Source: Mobula hypostoma
Taxonomy: Eukaryota
Reading direction: 5' to 3'
NCBI RefSeq assembly: GCF_963921235.1
Contig: NC_086109.1
Span: forward strand, 1 to 64,000
DNA: 64,000 bases
In this document: positions 1-14,204 of the stretch, piece after piece
Position numbering within the stretch: position 1 is the first letter of the stretch
Layout: each line of letters begins with the position of its first letter
Made by a program: the position numbers and the translations under genes
Notes under the pieces: model-generated
Database searches by the model: none
The model's input: the letters and a program-made list of their open reading frames with translations, nothing else
Told to the model about the DNA's origin: nothing

Positions 1-3000
1 ATAATAGACACGGGCAGTGGTGTAGGGGACTGGAATGGATAATAGACACGGGGAGTGGTGTAGGGGATTGGAGTGGATAGTAGACACGGGGAGTGTGTAG
101 GAGATTGGAGTGGATAGTAGACACGGGAGGTGTGTAGGGGACTGGAGTGGATAATACACACGGGGAGGTGTGTAGGGGATTTGAGTGGATAATAGACACG
201 GGAGGTGTGTAGGGGACTGGAGGGGATAATAGACACGGGCAGTGGTGTGGGGGACTGGAGTGGATAATAGACACGGGCAGTGGTGTAGAGGATTGGAGGG
301 GATAGTAGACACGGGAGGTGTGTAGGGGACTGGAGTGGATAATAGACACGGGAGGTGTGTAGGGGATTGGAGTGGATAATAGACACGGTGGGTGTGTAGG
401 GGACTGGAGTGGATAATAGACACGGGAGGTGTGTAGGGGACTTGAGTGGATAATAGACACGGGAGGTGTGTAGGGGACTGGAGTGGATAATAGACACGGG
501 GAGTGGTGTAGGGGACTGGAGTGGATAATAGACACGGGCAGTGGTGTGGGGGACTGGAGTGGATAATAGACACAGTGTGTGGTGTAGGGGACTGGAGTGG
601 ATAATAGACACCGGAGGTGTGTAGGGGATTGGAGTGGATAATAGACACGGGCAGTGGTGTGGGGGACTGGAGTGGATAATAGACACGGGCAGTGGTGTGG
701 GGGACTGGAATGGATAATAGACACGGGCAGTGGTATGGGGGACTGGAGTGGATAATAGACACAGGGTGTGGTGTAGGGGACTGGAGTGGATAATAGACAC
801 GGGAGGTGTGTAGGGGATTGGAGTGGATAATAGACACGGTGGGTGTGTAGGGGACTGCAGTGGATAATAGACATGGGGAGTGGTGTAGGGGACTGGAGTG
901 GATAATAGTCACTGGATTTGTGTGGGGGACTGGAGTGGATAATAGACACGGGAGGTGTGTAGTTGATTGAAGTGGATAATAGACAGGGGGAGGTGTGTAC
1001 GGGCCTGGAGGGGATAATAGACACGGGCAGTGGTGTGGGGTACTGGAGTGGATAATAAACACGGGCAGTGTGTAGGGAATTGGAGGGGATTGTAGACACG
1101 GGAGGTGTGTGGGGGATTGGAGTGGATAATAGACACGGGACGTGTGTAGGGGACTGGAGTGGATAGTAGACACGGGCAGTGGTGTAGGGGACTGGAGTGG
1201 ATAATAGACACGGGAGGTGTGTAGGGGACTGAAGTGGATAATAGACACGGGAGGTGTGTAGGGGACTGGAGTGGATAATAGACGCGGGCAGTGATGTGGG
1301 GGACTGGAGGGGATAATAGACACGGGAGGTGTGTAGGGGATTGGAGGGGATAGTAGACACGGGAGGTGTGTAGGGGACTGGAGTGGATAATAGACACGGG
1401 GAGTGGTGTAGGTGATTGGAGGGGATAGTAGACACGGGGAGGTGTGTAGGGGACTGGAGTGGATAATAGACATGGGAGGTGTGCATAGGGATTGGAGTGG
1501 ATAATAGACACGGTAGGTGTGTAGGGGACTGGAGTGGATAATAGACACGGGGAGTGGTGTAGGGGATTGGAGGGGATAGTAGACACGAGAGGTGTGTAGG
1601 GGACTGTAGTGGATAATAGACACGGGGAGTGTTGGAGGGGATAGTAGACACGGGAGGTGTGTAGGGGACTGGAGTGGATAATAGACACGGGCAGTGGTGT
1701 AGGGGACTGGAATGGATAATAGACACGGGGAGTGGTGTAGGGGATTGGAGTGGATAGTAGACACGGGAGGTGTGTAGTGGACTGGAGTTGATAATACACA
1801 CGGGGAGGTGTGTAGGGGATTGGAGTGGATAATAGACACGGGAGGTGTGTAGGGGACTGGAGGGGATAATAGACACGGGCAGTGGTGTGGGGGACTGGAG
1901 TGGATAATAGACACAGGGTGTGGTGTAGGGGACTGGAGTGCATAATAGGCACGGGAGGTGTGTCGGGTACTGGAGTGGATAATAGACACGGGCAGTGGTG
2001 TAGAGGATTGGAGGGGATAGTAGACACGGGAGGTGTGTAGGGGACTGGAGTGGATAATAGACACGGGCAGTGGTGTGGGGGACTGGAGTGGATAATAGAC
2101 ACGGGCAGTGGTGTGGGGGACTGGAGTGGATAATAGACACAGGGTGTGTGTAGGGGTGGAGGGGATAATAGGGTGTGGTGGGGAGTGCTGGAGTGGATAA
2201 TAGACACGGGAGGTGTGTAGGGGACTGGAGGGGAGTGGTGTGGGGGACTGGAGATAATAGACACGGGCAGTGGTGTAGGGGACTGGAGGTGTGTAGGGGA
2301 TGGAGGGGAATAGACACGTGAGGTGTGTAGGGGACTGGAGTGGATAATAGAGACGGGCAGTGTTTTGGGGGACTGGAGGGGATAATAGACACGGGAGGTG
2401 TGTAGGGGAATGGAGGGGATAATAGACACGGGAGGTGTGTAGGGGACTGGAGTGGATAATAGACACGGGGAGTGGTGAAGGGGATTGGAGGGGATAGTAG
2501 ACACGGGAGGTGTGTAGGGGACTGGAGTGGATAATAGAAACGGGCAGTGGTGTAGGGGACTGGAATGGATCATAGACACTGGAGGTGTGTAGGGGACTGG
2601 AGTGGATAGTAGACACAGGGTGTGGTGTAGGGGATTGGAGTGGATAATAGAAACGGGCAGTGGTGTAGGGGACTGGAATGGATAATAGACACGGGAGGTG
2701 TGTAGGGGACTGGATTGGATAATAGACGCGGGAGGTGTGTGCGGGACTGGAGCGGTTAATAGACACGGGAGGTGTGTAGGGGATTGGAGTGGATAATAGA
2801 CACGGGAGGTGTGTAGGTGACTGGAGGGGATAGTAGACACGGGCAGTGGTGTAAGGGACTGGAGTGGATAATAGACACGTGAGGTGTGTAGGGGACGGGA
2901 GTGGATAATAGACACGGGCAGTGTTGTGGGGGACTGGAGGGGATAATAGACACGGGAGGTGTGTAGGGGATTGGAGAGGATAGTAGACACGGGAGGTGTG

Positions 3001-4502
3001 TGGGGGACTGGAGTGGATAATAGACACGGGCAGTGGTGTGGGGGACTGGAGTGGATAATAGACACAGGGTGTGGTGTAGGGGAATGGAGTGGATAATAGA
3101 CACGGGAGGTGTGTTGGGGATTGGAGAGGATAGTAGACATGGGAGGTGTGTAGGGGACTGGAGTGGATAATAGACACGGGGAGTGGTGTGGGGGACTGGA
3201 GTGGATAATAGACACAGGGTGTGGTGTAGGGGACTGGAGAGGATAATAGACACGGGAGGTGTGTAGGGGATTGGAGTGGATAATAGACGCGGTGGGTGTG
3301 TAGGGGACTGGAGTGGATAATAGACACAGGGTGTGGTGTAGGGGACTGGAGAGGATAATAGACACGGGAGGTGTGTAGGGGATTGGAGTGGATAATAGAC
3401 ACGGTGGGTGTGTAGGGGACTGGAGTGGATAATAGACACGGGAGGTGTGTAGGGGACTTGAGTGGATAATAGACATGGGAGGTGTGTAGAGGATTGGAGT
3501 GGATAATACACACGGTAGGTGTGTAGGGGACTGGAGTGGATAATAGACACGGGAGGTGTGTAGGGAACTGGAGTGGATAATAGACACGGGAAGTGTGTAG
3601 GGGATTGGAGTGGATAATAGACACGGCAGGTGTGTAGGGGATTGGAGTGGGTAATAGACACAGGGTGTGGTGTAGGGGACTGGAGTGGATAGTAGACACG
3701 GGAGGTGTGTAGGGGACTGGAGTGGATAATAGACGCGGGCAGTGGTGTAGCGGATTGGAGGGGATAGTAGACACGGGAGGTGTGTAGGGAACTGGAGTGG
3801 ATAATAGAGACGGGAAGTGTGTAGGGGATTGGAGTGGATAAAAGACACGGTAGGTCTGTTGGGGACTTGAGGGGATAATAGACACGGGCAGTGGTGTGGG
3901 GGACTGGAGTGGATAATAGATACGGGCAGTGGTGTGGGGGACTGGAGTGGATAATAGACACGGGCAGTGGTGTGGGGGACTGGAGTGGATAATAGACACA
4001 GGGTGTGGTGTAGGGGACTGGAGTGGATAATAGACACGGGAGGTGTGTAGGGGATTGGAGTGGATAATAGACACAGGGTGTGGTGTAGGGGACTGGAGTG
4101 GATAGTAGACACGGGAGGTGTGTAGGGGACTGGAGTGGATAATAGACGCGGGCAGTGGTGTAGGGGATTGGAGGGGATAGTAGACACGGGAGGTGTGTAG
4201 GGAACTGGAGTGGATAATAGACACGGGAAGTGTGTAGGGGATTGGAGTGGATAATAGACACGGCAGGTGTGTAGGGGATTGGAGTGGGTAATACACACGG
4301 GGAGTGGTGTAGGGGATTGGAGGGGATAGTAGACACGGGAGGTGTGTAGGGGACTGGAGTGGATAATAAACACGGGGAGTGGTGTAGTGGATTGGAGGGG
4401 ATAGTAGACACGGGCGGTGTGTAGGGGACTGGAGTGGATAATAGACACGGGAGGTGTGTAGGGGATTGGAGTGGATAATAGACACGGTAGGTTTGTAGGG
4501 GA

Positions 4503-7500
4503 CTGGAGGGGATAATAGACACGGGCAGTGGTGTGGGGGACTGGAGTGGATAATAGATACGGGCAGTGGAGTGGGGGACTGGAGTGGATAATAGACACGG
4601 GCAGTGTTGTGGGGGACTGGAGGGGATAATAGACACGGGAGGTGTGTAGGGGACTGGAGGGGATAATAGACACGGGAGGTGTGTAGGGGATTGGAGAGGA
4701 TAGTAGACACGGGAGGTTTGTAGGGGACAGGAGTGGATAATAGACACGGGGAGTGGTGTAGGGGACTGGAGGGGATAATAGACACGGGCAGTGGTGTGGG
4801 GGACTGGAGTGGATAATAGAAACGGGCAGTGGTGGAGGGGACTGGAATGGATAATAGACACTGGAGGTGTGTAGGGGACTGGAGTGGATAGTAGACAGAG
4901 GGTGTGGTGTAGGGGATTGGAGTGGATAATAGAAACGGGCAGTGGTGTACGGGACTGGAATGGATAATAGACACGGGAGGTGTGTAGGGGACTGGAATGG
5001 ATAATAGACACGGGAGGTGTGTGGGGGACTGGAGCGGTTAATAGACACGGGAGGTGTGTAGGGGATTGGAGTGGATAATAGACACGGGAGGTGTGTAGGG
5101 GACTGGAGGGGATAGTAGACACGGGCAGTGGTGTAGGGGACTGGAGTGGATAATAGACACGTAAGGTGTGTAGGGGACTGGAGTGGATAATAGACACAGG
5201 GTGTGGTGTAGGGGACTGGAGTGGATAATAGACACGGGAGGTGTGTAGGGGATTGGAGGGGATAATAGACACGGGAGGTATGTAGGGGATTGGAGAGGAG
5301 AGTAGACATGGGAGGTGTGTAGGGGACTGGAGTGGATAATCGACAGGGGAGTTTTGTGGGGGACTGGAGTGGATAATAGACACAGGGTGTGGTGTAGGGG
5401 ACTGGAGTGGATAATAGACACGGGAGGTGTGTAGGGGATTGGAGTGGATAATAGACACGGTGGGTGTGTAGGGGACTGGAGTGGATAATAGACACGGGAG
5501 GTGTGTAGGGGACTTGAGTGGATAATAGACACGGGAGGTGTTTAGAGGATTGGAGTGGATAATAGACACGGTAGGTGTGTAGGGGACTGGAGTGGATAAT
5601 AGACACGGGCAGTGGTGTGGTGGACTGGAGTGGATAATAGACACAGGGTGTGGTGTAGGGGACTGGTGTGGATAATAGACCCGGGAGGTGTGTAGGGGAT
5701 TGGAGTGGATAATAGACACGGGCGGTGGTGTGGGGGACTGGAGTGGATAATAGACACGGGCAGTGGTGTGGGGGACTGGAGTGGATAATAGACACGGGCA
5801 GTGGTGTGGGGGACTGGAGTGGATAAAAGACACAGGGTGTGGTGTAGGGGACTGGAGTGGATAATAGACACGGGAGGTGTGTAGGGGACTGGAGGGGATA
5901 ATAGACACGGGAGGTGTGTAGGGGACTGGAGTGGATAATAGACACGGGGAGTGGTGAAGGGGATTGGAGGGGATAGTAGACACGGGAGGTGTGTAGGGGA
6001 CTGGAGTGGATAATAGAAACGGGCAGTGTTGTAGGGGACTGGAATGGATAATAGACACTGGAGGTGTGTAGGGGACTGGAGTGGATAGTAGACACAGGGT
6101 GTGGTGTAGGGGATTGGAGTGGATAATAGAAACGGGCAGTGGTGTAGGGGACTGGAATGGATAATAGACACGGGAGGTTTGTAGGGGACTGGATTGGATA
6201 ATAGACACGGGAGGTGTGTGGGGGACTGGAGCGGTTAATAGACACGGGAGGTGTGTAGGGGATTGGAGTGGATAATAGACACGGGAGGTGTGTAGGTGAC
6301 TGGAGGGGATAGTAGACACGGGCAGTGGTGTAAGGGACTGGAGTGGATAATAGACACGTGAGGTGTGTAGGGGACGGGAGTGGATAATAGACACGGGCAG
6401 TGTTGTGGGGGACTGGAGGGGATAATAGACACGGGAGGTGTGTAGGGGATTGGAGAGGATAGTAGACACGGGAGGTGTGTGGGGGTCTGGAGGGGATAAT
6501 AGACACGGGCAGTGGTGTGGGGGACTGGAGTGGATAATAGATACGGGCAGTGGAGTGCTGGACTGGAGTGGATAATAGACACGGGCAGTGTTGTGGGGGA
6601 CTGGAGGGGATAATAGACACGGGAGGTGTGTAGGGGACTGGAGGGGATAATAGACACGGGAGGTGTGTAGGGGATTGGAGAGGATAGTAGACACGGGAGG
6701 TTTGTAGGGGACAGGAGTGGATAATAGACACGGGGAGTGGTGTAGGGGACTGGAGGGGATAATAGACACGGGCAGTGGTGTGGGGGACTGGAGTGGATAA
6801 TAGAAACGGGCAGTGGTGGAGGGGACTGGAATGGATAATAGACACTGGAGGTGTGTAGGGGACTGGAGTGGATAGTAGACAGAGGGTGTGGTGTAGGGGA
6901 TTGGAGTGGATAATAGAAACGGGCAGTGGTGTACGGGACTGGAATGGATAATAGACACGGGAGGTGTGTAGGGGACTGGAATGGATAATAGACACGGGAG
7001 GTGTGTGGGGGACTGGAGCGGTTAATAGACACGGGAGGTGTGTAGGGGATTGGAGTGGATAATAGACACGGGAGGTGTGTAGGGGACTGGAGGGGATAGT
7101 AGACACGGGCAGTGGTGTAGGGGACTGGAGTGGATAATAGACACGTAAGGTGTGTAGGGGACTGGAGTGGATAATAGACACAGGGTGTGGTGTAGGGGAC
7201 TGGAGTGGATAATAGACACGGGAGGTGTGTAGGGGATTGGAGGGGATAATAGACACGGGAGGTATGTAGGGGATTGGAGAGGAGAGTAGACATGGGAGGT
7301 GTGTAGGGGACTGGAGTGGATAATCGACAGGGGAGTTTTGTGGGGGACTGGAGTGGATAATAGACACAGGGTGTGGTGTAGGGGACTGGAGTGGATAATA
7401 GACACGGGAGGTGTGTAGGGGATTGGAGTGGATAATAGACACGGTGGGTGTGTAGGGGACTGGAGTGGATAATAGACACGGGAGGTGTGTAGGGGACTTG

Positions 7501-8476
7501 AGTGGATAATAGACACGGGAGGTGTTTAGAGGATTGGAGTGGATAATAGACACGGTAGGTGTGTAGGGGACTGGAGTGGATAATAGACACGGGCAGTGGT
7601 GTGGTGGACTGGAGTGGATAATAGACACAGGGTGTGGTGTAGGGGACTGGTGTGGATAATAGACCCGGGAGGTGTGTAGGGGATTGGAGTGGATAAAAGA
7701 CACGGGCGGTGGTGTGGGGGACTGGAGTGGATAATAGACACGGGCAGTGGTGTGGGGGACTGGAGTGGATAATAGACACGGGCAGTGGTGTGGGGGACTG
7801 GAGTGGATAAAAGACACAGGGTGTGGTGTAGGGGACTGGAGTGGATAATAGACACGGGAGGTGTGTAGGGGACTGGAGGGGATAATAGACACGGGAGGTG
7901 TGTAGGGGACTGGAGTGGATAATAGACACGGGGAGTGGTGAAGGGGATTGGAGGGGATAGTAGACACGGGAGGTGTGTAGGGGACTGGAGTGGATAATAG
8001 AAACGGGCAGTGTTGTAGGGGACTGGAATGGATAATAGACACTGGAGGTGTGTAGGGGACTGGAGTGGATAGTAGACACAGGGTGTGGTGTAGGGGATTG
8101 GAGTGGATAATAGAAACGGGCAGTGGTGTAGGGGACTGGAATGGATAATAGACACGGGAGGTTTGTAGGGGACTGGATTGGATAATAGACACGGGAGGTG
8201 TGTGGGGGACTGGAGCGGTTAATAGACACGGGAGGTGTGTAGGGGATTGGAGTGGATAATAGACACGGGAGGTGTGTAGGTGACTGGAGGGGATAGTAGA
8301 CACGGGCAGTGGTGTAAGGGACTGGAGTGGATAATAGACACGTGAGGTGTGTAGGGGACGGGAGTGGATAATAGACACGGGCAGTGTTGTGGGGGACTGG
8401 AGGGGATAATAGACACGGGAGGTGTGTAGGGGATTGGAGAGGATAGTAGACACGGGAGGTGTGTGGGGGTCTGGAG
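4503..8476. repeat. Higher-order tandem duplication, 2 x 1,984 bp
   Basis: Private variant ATAATCGACAGGGG has its C at 5341 and 7325. ORF-track stops 5038/7022, 5542/7526 and 6235/8219 are all offset by 1,984; the first two pairs have identical translations. Confidence 0.93.
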
Positions 8477-9879
8477 TGGATAATAGACACGGGCAGTGGT
8501 GTGGGGGACTGGAGTGGATAATAGACACAGGGTGTGGTGTAGGTGAATGGAGTGGATAATAGACACGGGAGGTGTGTAGGGGATTGGAGGGGATAATAGA
8601 CACGGGAGGTATGTAGGGGATTGGAGAGGATAGTAGACATGGGAGGTGTGTAGGGGACTGGAGTGGATAATAGACACGCTGAGTGGTGTGGGGGACTGGA
8701 ATGGATAATAGACACAGGGTGTGGTGTAGGGGACTGGAGTGGATAATAGACACGGGAGGTGTGTAGGGGATTGGAGTGGATAATAGACACGGTGGGTGTG
8801 TAGGGGACTGGAGTGGATAATAGACACGGGAGGTGTGTAGGGGACTTGAGTGGATAATAGACACAGGAGGTGTGTAGAGGATTGGACTGGATAATAGACA
8901 CGGTAGGTGTGTAGGGGACTGGAGTGGATAATAGACACGGGCAGTGGTGTGGGGGACTGGAGTGGATAATAGACACAGGCTGTGTTGTAGGGGACTGGAG
9001 TGGATAATAGACACGGGAGGTGTGTAGGGGATTGGAGTGGATAATAGACACAGGGTGTGGTGTAGGGGACTGGAGTGGATATTAGACACGGGAGGTGTGC
9101 AGGGGACTGGAGTGGATAATAGACGCGGGCAGTGGTGTAGGGGATTGGAGGGGATAGTAGACACGGGAGGTGTGTAGGGAACTGGAGTGGATAATAGATA
9201 CGGGAAGTGTGTAGGGGATTGGAGTGGATAATAGACACGGCAGGTGTGTAGGGGACGGGAGTGGGTAATAGACACAGGGTGCGGTGTAGGGGACTGGAGT
9301 GGATAGTAGACACGGGAGGTGTGTAGGGGACTGGAGTGGATAATAGACGCGGGCAGTGGTGTAGGGGATTGGAGGGGATAGTAGACACGGGAGGTGTGTA
9401 GGGAACTGGAGTGGATAATAGACACGGGAAGTGTGTAGGGGATTGGAGTGGATAATAGACACGGCAGGTGTGTAGGGGATTGGAGTGGGTAATAGACACG
9501 GGGAGTGGTGTCGGGGATTGGAGGGCATAGTAGACACGGGAGGTGTGTAGGGGACTGGAGTGGATAATAAACACGGGGAGTGGTGTAGGGGATTGGAGGG
9601 GATAGTAGACACGGGAGCTGTGTAGGGGACTGGATTGGATAATAGACACGGGAGTTGTGTAGGGGATTGGAGTGGATAAAAGACACGCTAGGTCTGTTGG
9701 GGAATTGAGGGGATAATAGACACGGGCAGTGGTGTGGGGGACTGGAGTGCATAATAGATACGGGCAGTGGTGTGGGGTACTGGAGTGGATAATAGACACG
9801 GGCAGTGGTGTGGGGGACTGGAGTGGATAATAGACACAGGGTGTGGTGTAGGGGACTGGAGTGGATAATAGACACGGGA

Positions 9880-11850
9880 GGTGTGTAGGGGATTGGAGTG
9901 GATAATAGACACAGGGTGTGGTGTAGGGGACTGGAGTGGATAGTAGACACGGGAGGTGTGTAGGGGACTGGAGGGGATAGTAGACACGGGCAGTGGTGTA
10001 GGGGACTGGAGTGGATAATAGACACGTGAGGTGTGTAGGGGACTGGAGTGGATAATAGACACGGGAGGTGTGTGGGGGACTGGAGCGGTTAATAGACACG
10101 GGAGGTGTGTAGGGGATTGGAGTGGATAATAGACACGGGAGGTGTGTAGGGGACTGGAGGGGATAGTAGACACGTGCAGTGGTGTAGGAGACTGGAGGGG
10201 ATAGTAGACACGGGAGGTGTGTAGGGGACTGGAGTGGATAATAGACACGGGCAGTGGTGTAGGGGACTGGAATGGATAATAGACACGGGGAGTGGTGTAG
10301 GGGATTGGAGTGGATAGTAGACACGGGGAGTGTGTAGGAGATTGGAGTGGATAGTAGACACGGGAGGTGTGTAGGGGACTGGAGTGGATAATACACACGG
10401 GGAGGTGTGTAGGGGATTTGAGTGGATAATAGACACGGGAGGTGTGTAGGGGACTGGAGGGGATAATAGACACGGGCAGTGGTGTGGGGGACTGGAGTGG
10501 ATAATAGACACGGGCAGTGGTGTAGAGGATTGGAGGGGATAGTAGACACGGGAGGTGTGTAGGGGACTGGAGTGGATAATAGACACGGGAGGTGTGTAGG
10601 GGATTGGAGTGGATAATAGACACGGTGGGTGTGTAGGGGACTGGAGTGGATAATAGACACGGGAGGTGTGTAGGGGACTTGAGTGGATAATAGACACGGG
10701 AGGTGTGTAGGGGACTGGAGTGGATAATAGACACGGGGAGTGGTGTAGGGGACTGGAGTGGATAATAGACACGGGCAGTGGTGTGGGGGACTGGAGTGGA
10801 TAATAGACACAGGGTGTGGTGTAGGGGACTGGAGTGGATAATAGACACCGGAGGTGTGTAGGGGATTGGAGTGGATAATAGACACAGGGTGTGGTGTAGG
10901 GGACTGGAGTGGATAGTAGACACGGGAGGTGTGTAGGGGACTGGAGGGGATAGTAGACACGGGCAGTGGTGTAGGGGACTGGAGTGGATAATAGACACGT
11001 GAGGTGTGTAGGGGACTGGAGTGTATAATAGACACGGGAGGTGTGTGGGGGACTGGAGCGGTTAATAGACACGGGAGGTGTGTAGGGGATTGGAGTGGAT
11101 AATAGACACGGGAGGTGTGTAGGGGACTGGAGGGGATAGTAGACACGTGCAGTGGTGTAGGAGACTGGAGGGGATAGTAGACACGGGAGGTGTGTAGGGG
11201 ACTGGAGTGGATAATAGACACGAGCAGTGGTGTAGGGGACTGGAATGGATAATAGACACGGGGAGTGGTGTAGGGGATTGGAGTGGATAGTAGACACGGG
11301 GAGTGTGTAGGAGATTGGAGTGGATAGTAGACACGGGAGGTGTGTAGGGGACTGGAGTGGATAATACACACGGGGAGGTGTGTAGGGGATTTGAGTGGAT
11401 AATAGACACGGGAGGTGTGTAGGGGACTGGAGGGGATAATAGACACGGGCAGTGGTGTGGGGGACTGGAGTGGATAATAGACACGGGCAGTGGTGTAGAG
11501 GATTGGAGGGGATAGTAGACACGGGAGGTGTGTAGGGGACTGGAGTGGATAATAGACACGGGAGGTGTGTAGGGGATTGGAGTGGATAATAGACACGGTG
11601 GGTGTGTAGGGGACTGGAGTGGATAATAGACACGGGAGGTGTGTAGGGGACTTGAGTGGATAATAGACACGGGAGGTGTGTAGGGGACTGGAGTGGATAA
11701 TAGACACGGGGAGTGGTGTAGGGGACTGTAGTGGATAATAGACACGGGCAGTGGTGTGGGGGACTGGAGTGGATAATAGACACAGGGTGTGGTGTAGGGG
11801 ACTGGAGTGGATAATAGACACCGGAGGTGTGTAGGGGATTGGAGTGGATA
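9880..11850. repeat. Higher-order tandem duplication, 2 x 973 bp
   Basis: GACACCGGAGG at 10844/11817, GACACAGGGT at 9908/10881, and stop-creating variant CGGTTAATAG at ORF ends 10089/11062, all offset by 973. Confidence 0.88.
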
Positions 11851-14204
11851 ATAGACACGGGCAGTGGTGTGGGGGACTGGAGTGGATAATAGACACGGGC
11901 AGTGGTGTGGGGGACTGGAATGGATAATAGACACGGGCAGTGGTATGGGGGACTGGAGTGGATAATAGACACAGGGTGTGGTGTAGGGGACTGGAGTGGA
12001 TAATAGACACGGGAGGTGTGTAGGGGATTGGAGTGGATAATAGACACGGTGGGTGTGTAGGGGACTGCAGTGGATAATAGACATGGGGAGTGGTGTAGGG
12101 GACTGGAGTGGATAATAGTCACTGGATTTGTGTGGGGGACTGGAGTGGATAATAGACACGGGCAGTGGTGTAGGGGACTGGAATGGATAATAGACACGGG
12201 AGGTGTGTAGTTGATTGAAGTGGATAATAGACAGGGGGAGGTGTGTACGGGCCTGGAGGGGATAATAGACACGGGCAGTGGTGTGGGGTACTGGAGTGGA
12301 TAATAAACACGGGCAGTGTGTAGGGAATTGGAGGGGATTGTAGACACGGGAGGTGTGTGGGGGATTGGAGTGGATAATAGACACGGGACGTGTGTAGGGG
12401 ACTGGAGTGGATAGTAGACACGGGCAGTGGTGTAGGGGACTGGAGTGGATAATAGACACGGGAGGTGTGTAGGGGACTGAAGTGGATAATAGACACGGGA
12501 GGTGTGTAGGGGACTGGAGTGGATAATAGACGCGGGCAGTGATGTGGGGGACTGGAGGGGAGAATAGACACGGGAGGTGTGTAGGGGATTGGAGGGGATA
12601 GTAGACACGGGAGGTGTGTAGGGGACTGGAGTGGATAATAGACACGGGGAGTGGTGTAGGTGATTGGAGGGGATAGTAGACACGGGGAGGTGTGTAGGGG
12701 ACTGGAGTGGATAATAGACACGGGAGGTGTGCATAGGGATTGGAGTGGATAATAGACACGGTAGGTGTGTAGGGGACTGGAGTGGATAATAGACACGGGG
12801 AGTGGTGTAGGGGATTGGAGGGGATAGTAGACACGAGAGGTGTGTAGGGGACTGTAGTGGATAATAGACACGGGGAGTGTTGGAGGGGATAGTAGACACG
12901 GGAGGTGTGTAGGGGACTGGAGTGGATAATAGACACGGGCAGTGGTGTAGGGGACTGGAATGGATAATAGACACGGGGAGTGGTGTAGGGGATTGGAGTG
13001 GATAGTAGACACGGGAGGTGTGTAGTGGACTGGAGTTGATAATACACACGGGGAGGTGTGTAGGGGATTGGAGTGGATAATAGACACGGGAGGTGTGTAG
13101 GGGACTGGAGGGGATAATAGACACGGGCAGTGGTGTGGGGGACTGGAGTGGATAATAGACACAGGGTGTGGTGTAGGGGACTGGAGTGCATAATAGGCAC
13201 GGGAGGTGTGTCGGGTACTGGAGTGGATAATAGACACGGGCAGTGGTGTAGAGGATTGGAGGGGATAGTAGACACGGGAGGTGTGTAGGGGACTGGAGTG
13301 GATAATAGACACGGGCAGTGGTGTGGGGGACTGGAGTGGATAATAGACACGGGCAGTGGTGTGGGGGACTGGAGTGGATAATAGACACAGGGTGTGGTGT
13401 AGGGGACTGGAGTGGATAATAGACACGGGAGGTGTGTAGGGGACTGGAGGGGATAGTAGACACGGGCAGTGGTGTAGGGGACTGGAGTGGATAATAGACA
13501 CGTGAGGTGTGTAGGGGACTGGAGTGGATAATAGAGACGGGCAGTGTTTTGGGGGACTGGAGGGGATAATAGACACGGGAGGTGTGTAGGGGAATGGAGG
13601 GGATAATAGACACGGGAGGTGTGTAGGGGACTGGAGTGGATAATAGACACGGGGAGTGGTGAAGGGGATTGGAGGGGATAGTAGACACGGGAGGTGTGTA
13701 GGGGACTGGAGTGGATAATAGAAACGGGCAGTGGTGTAGGGGACTGGAATGGATCATAGACACTGGAGGTGTGTAGGGGACTGGAGTGGATAGTAGACAC
13801 AGGGTGTGGTGTAGGGGATTGGAGTGGATAATAGAAACGGGCAGTGGTGTAGGGGACTGGAATGGATAATAGACACGGGAGGTGTGTAGGGGACTGGATT
13901 GGATAATAGACGCGGGAGGTGTGTGCGGGACTGGAGCGGTTAATAGACACGGGAGGTGTGTAGGGGATTGGAGTGGATAATAGACACGGGAGGTGTGTAG
14001 GTGACTGGAGGGGATAGTAGACACGGGCAGTGGTGTAAGGGACTGGAGTGGATAATAGACACGTGAGGTGTGTAGGGGACGGGAGTGGATAATAGACACG
14101 GGCAGTGTTGTGGGGGACTGGAGGGGATAATAGACACGGGAGGTGTGTAGGGGATTGGAGAGGATAGTAGACACGGGAGGTGTGTGGGGGACTGGAGTGG
14201 ATAA

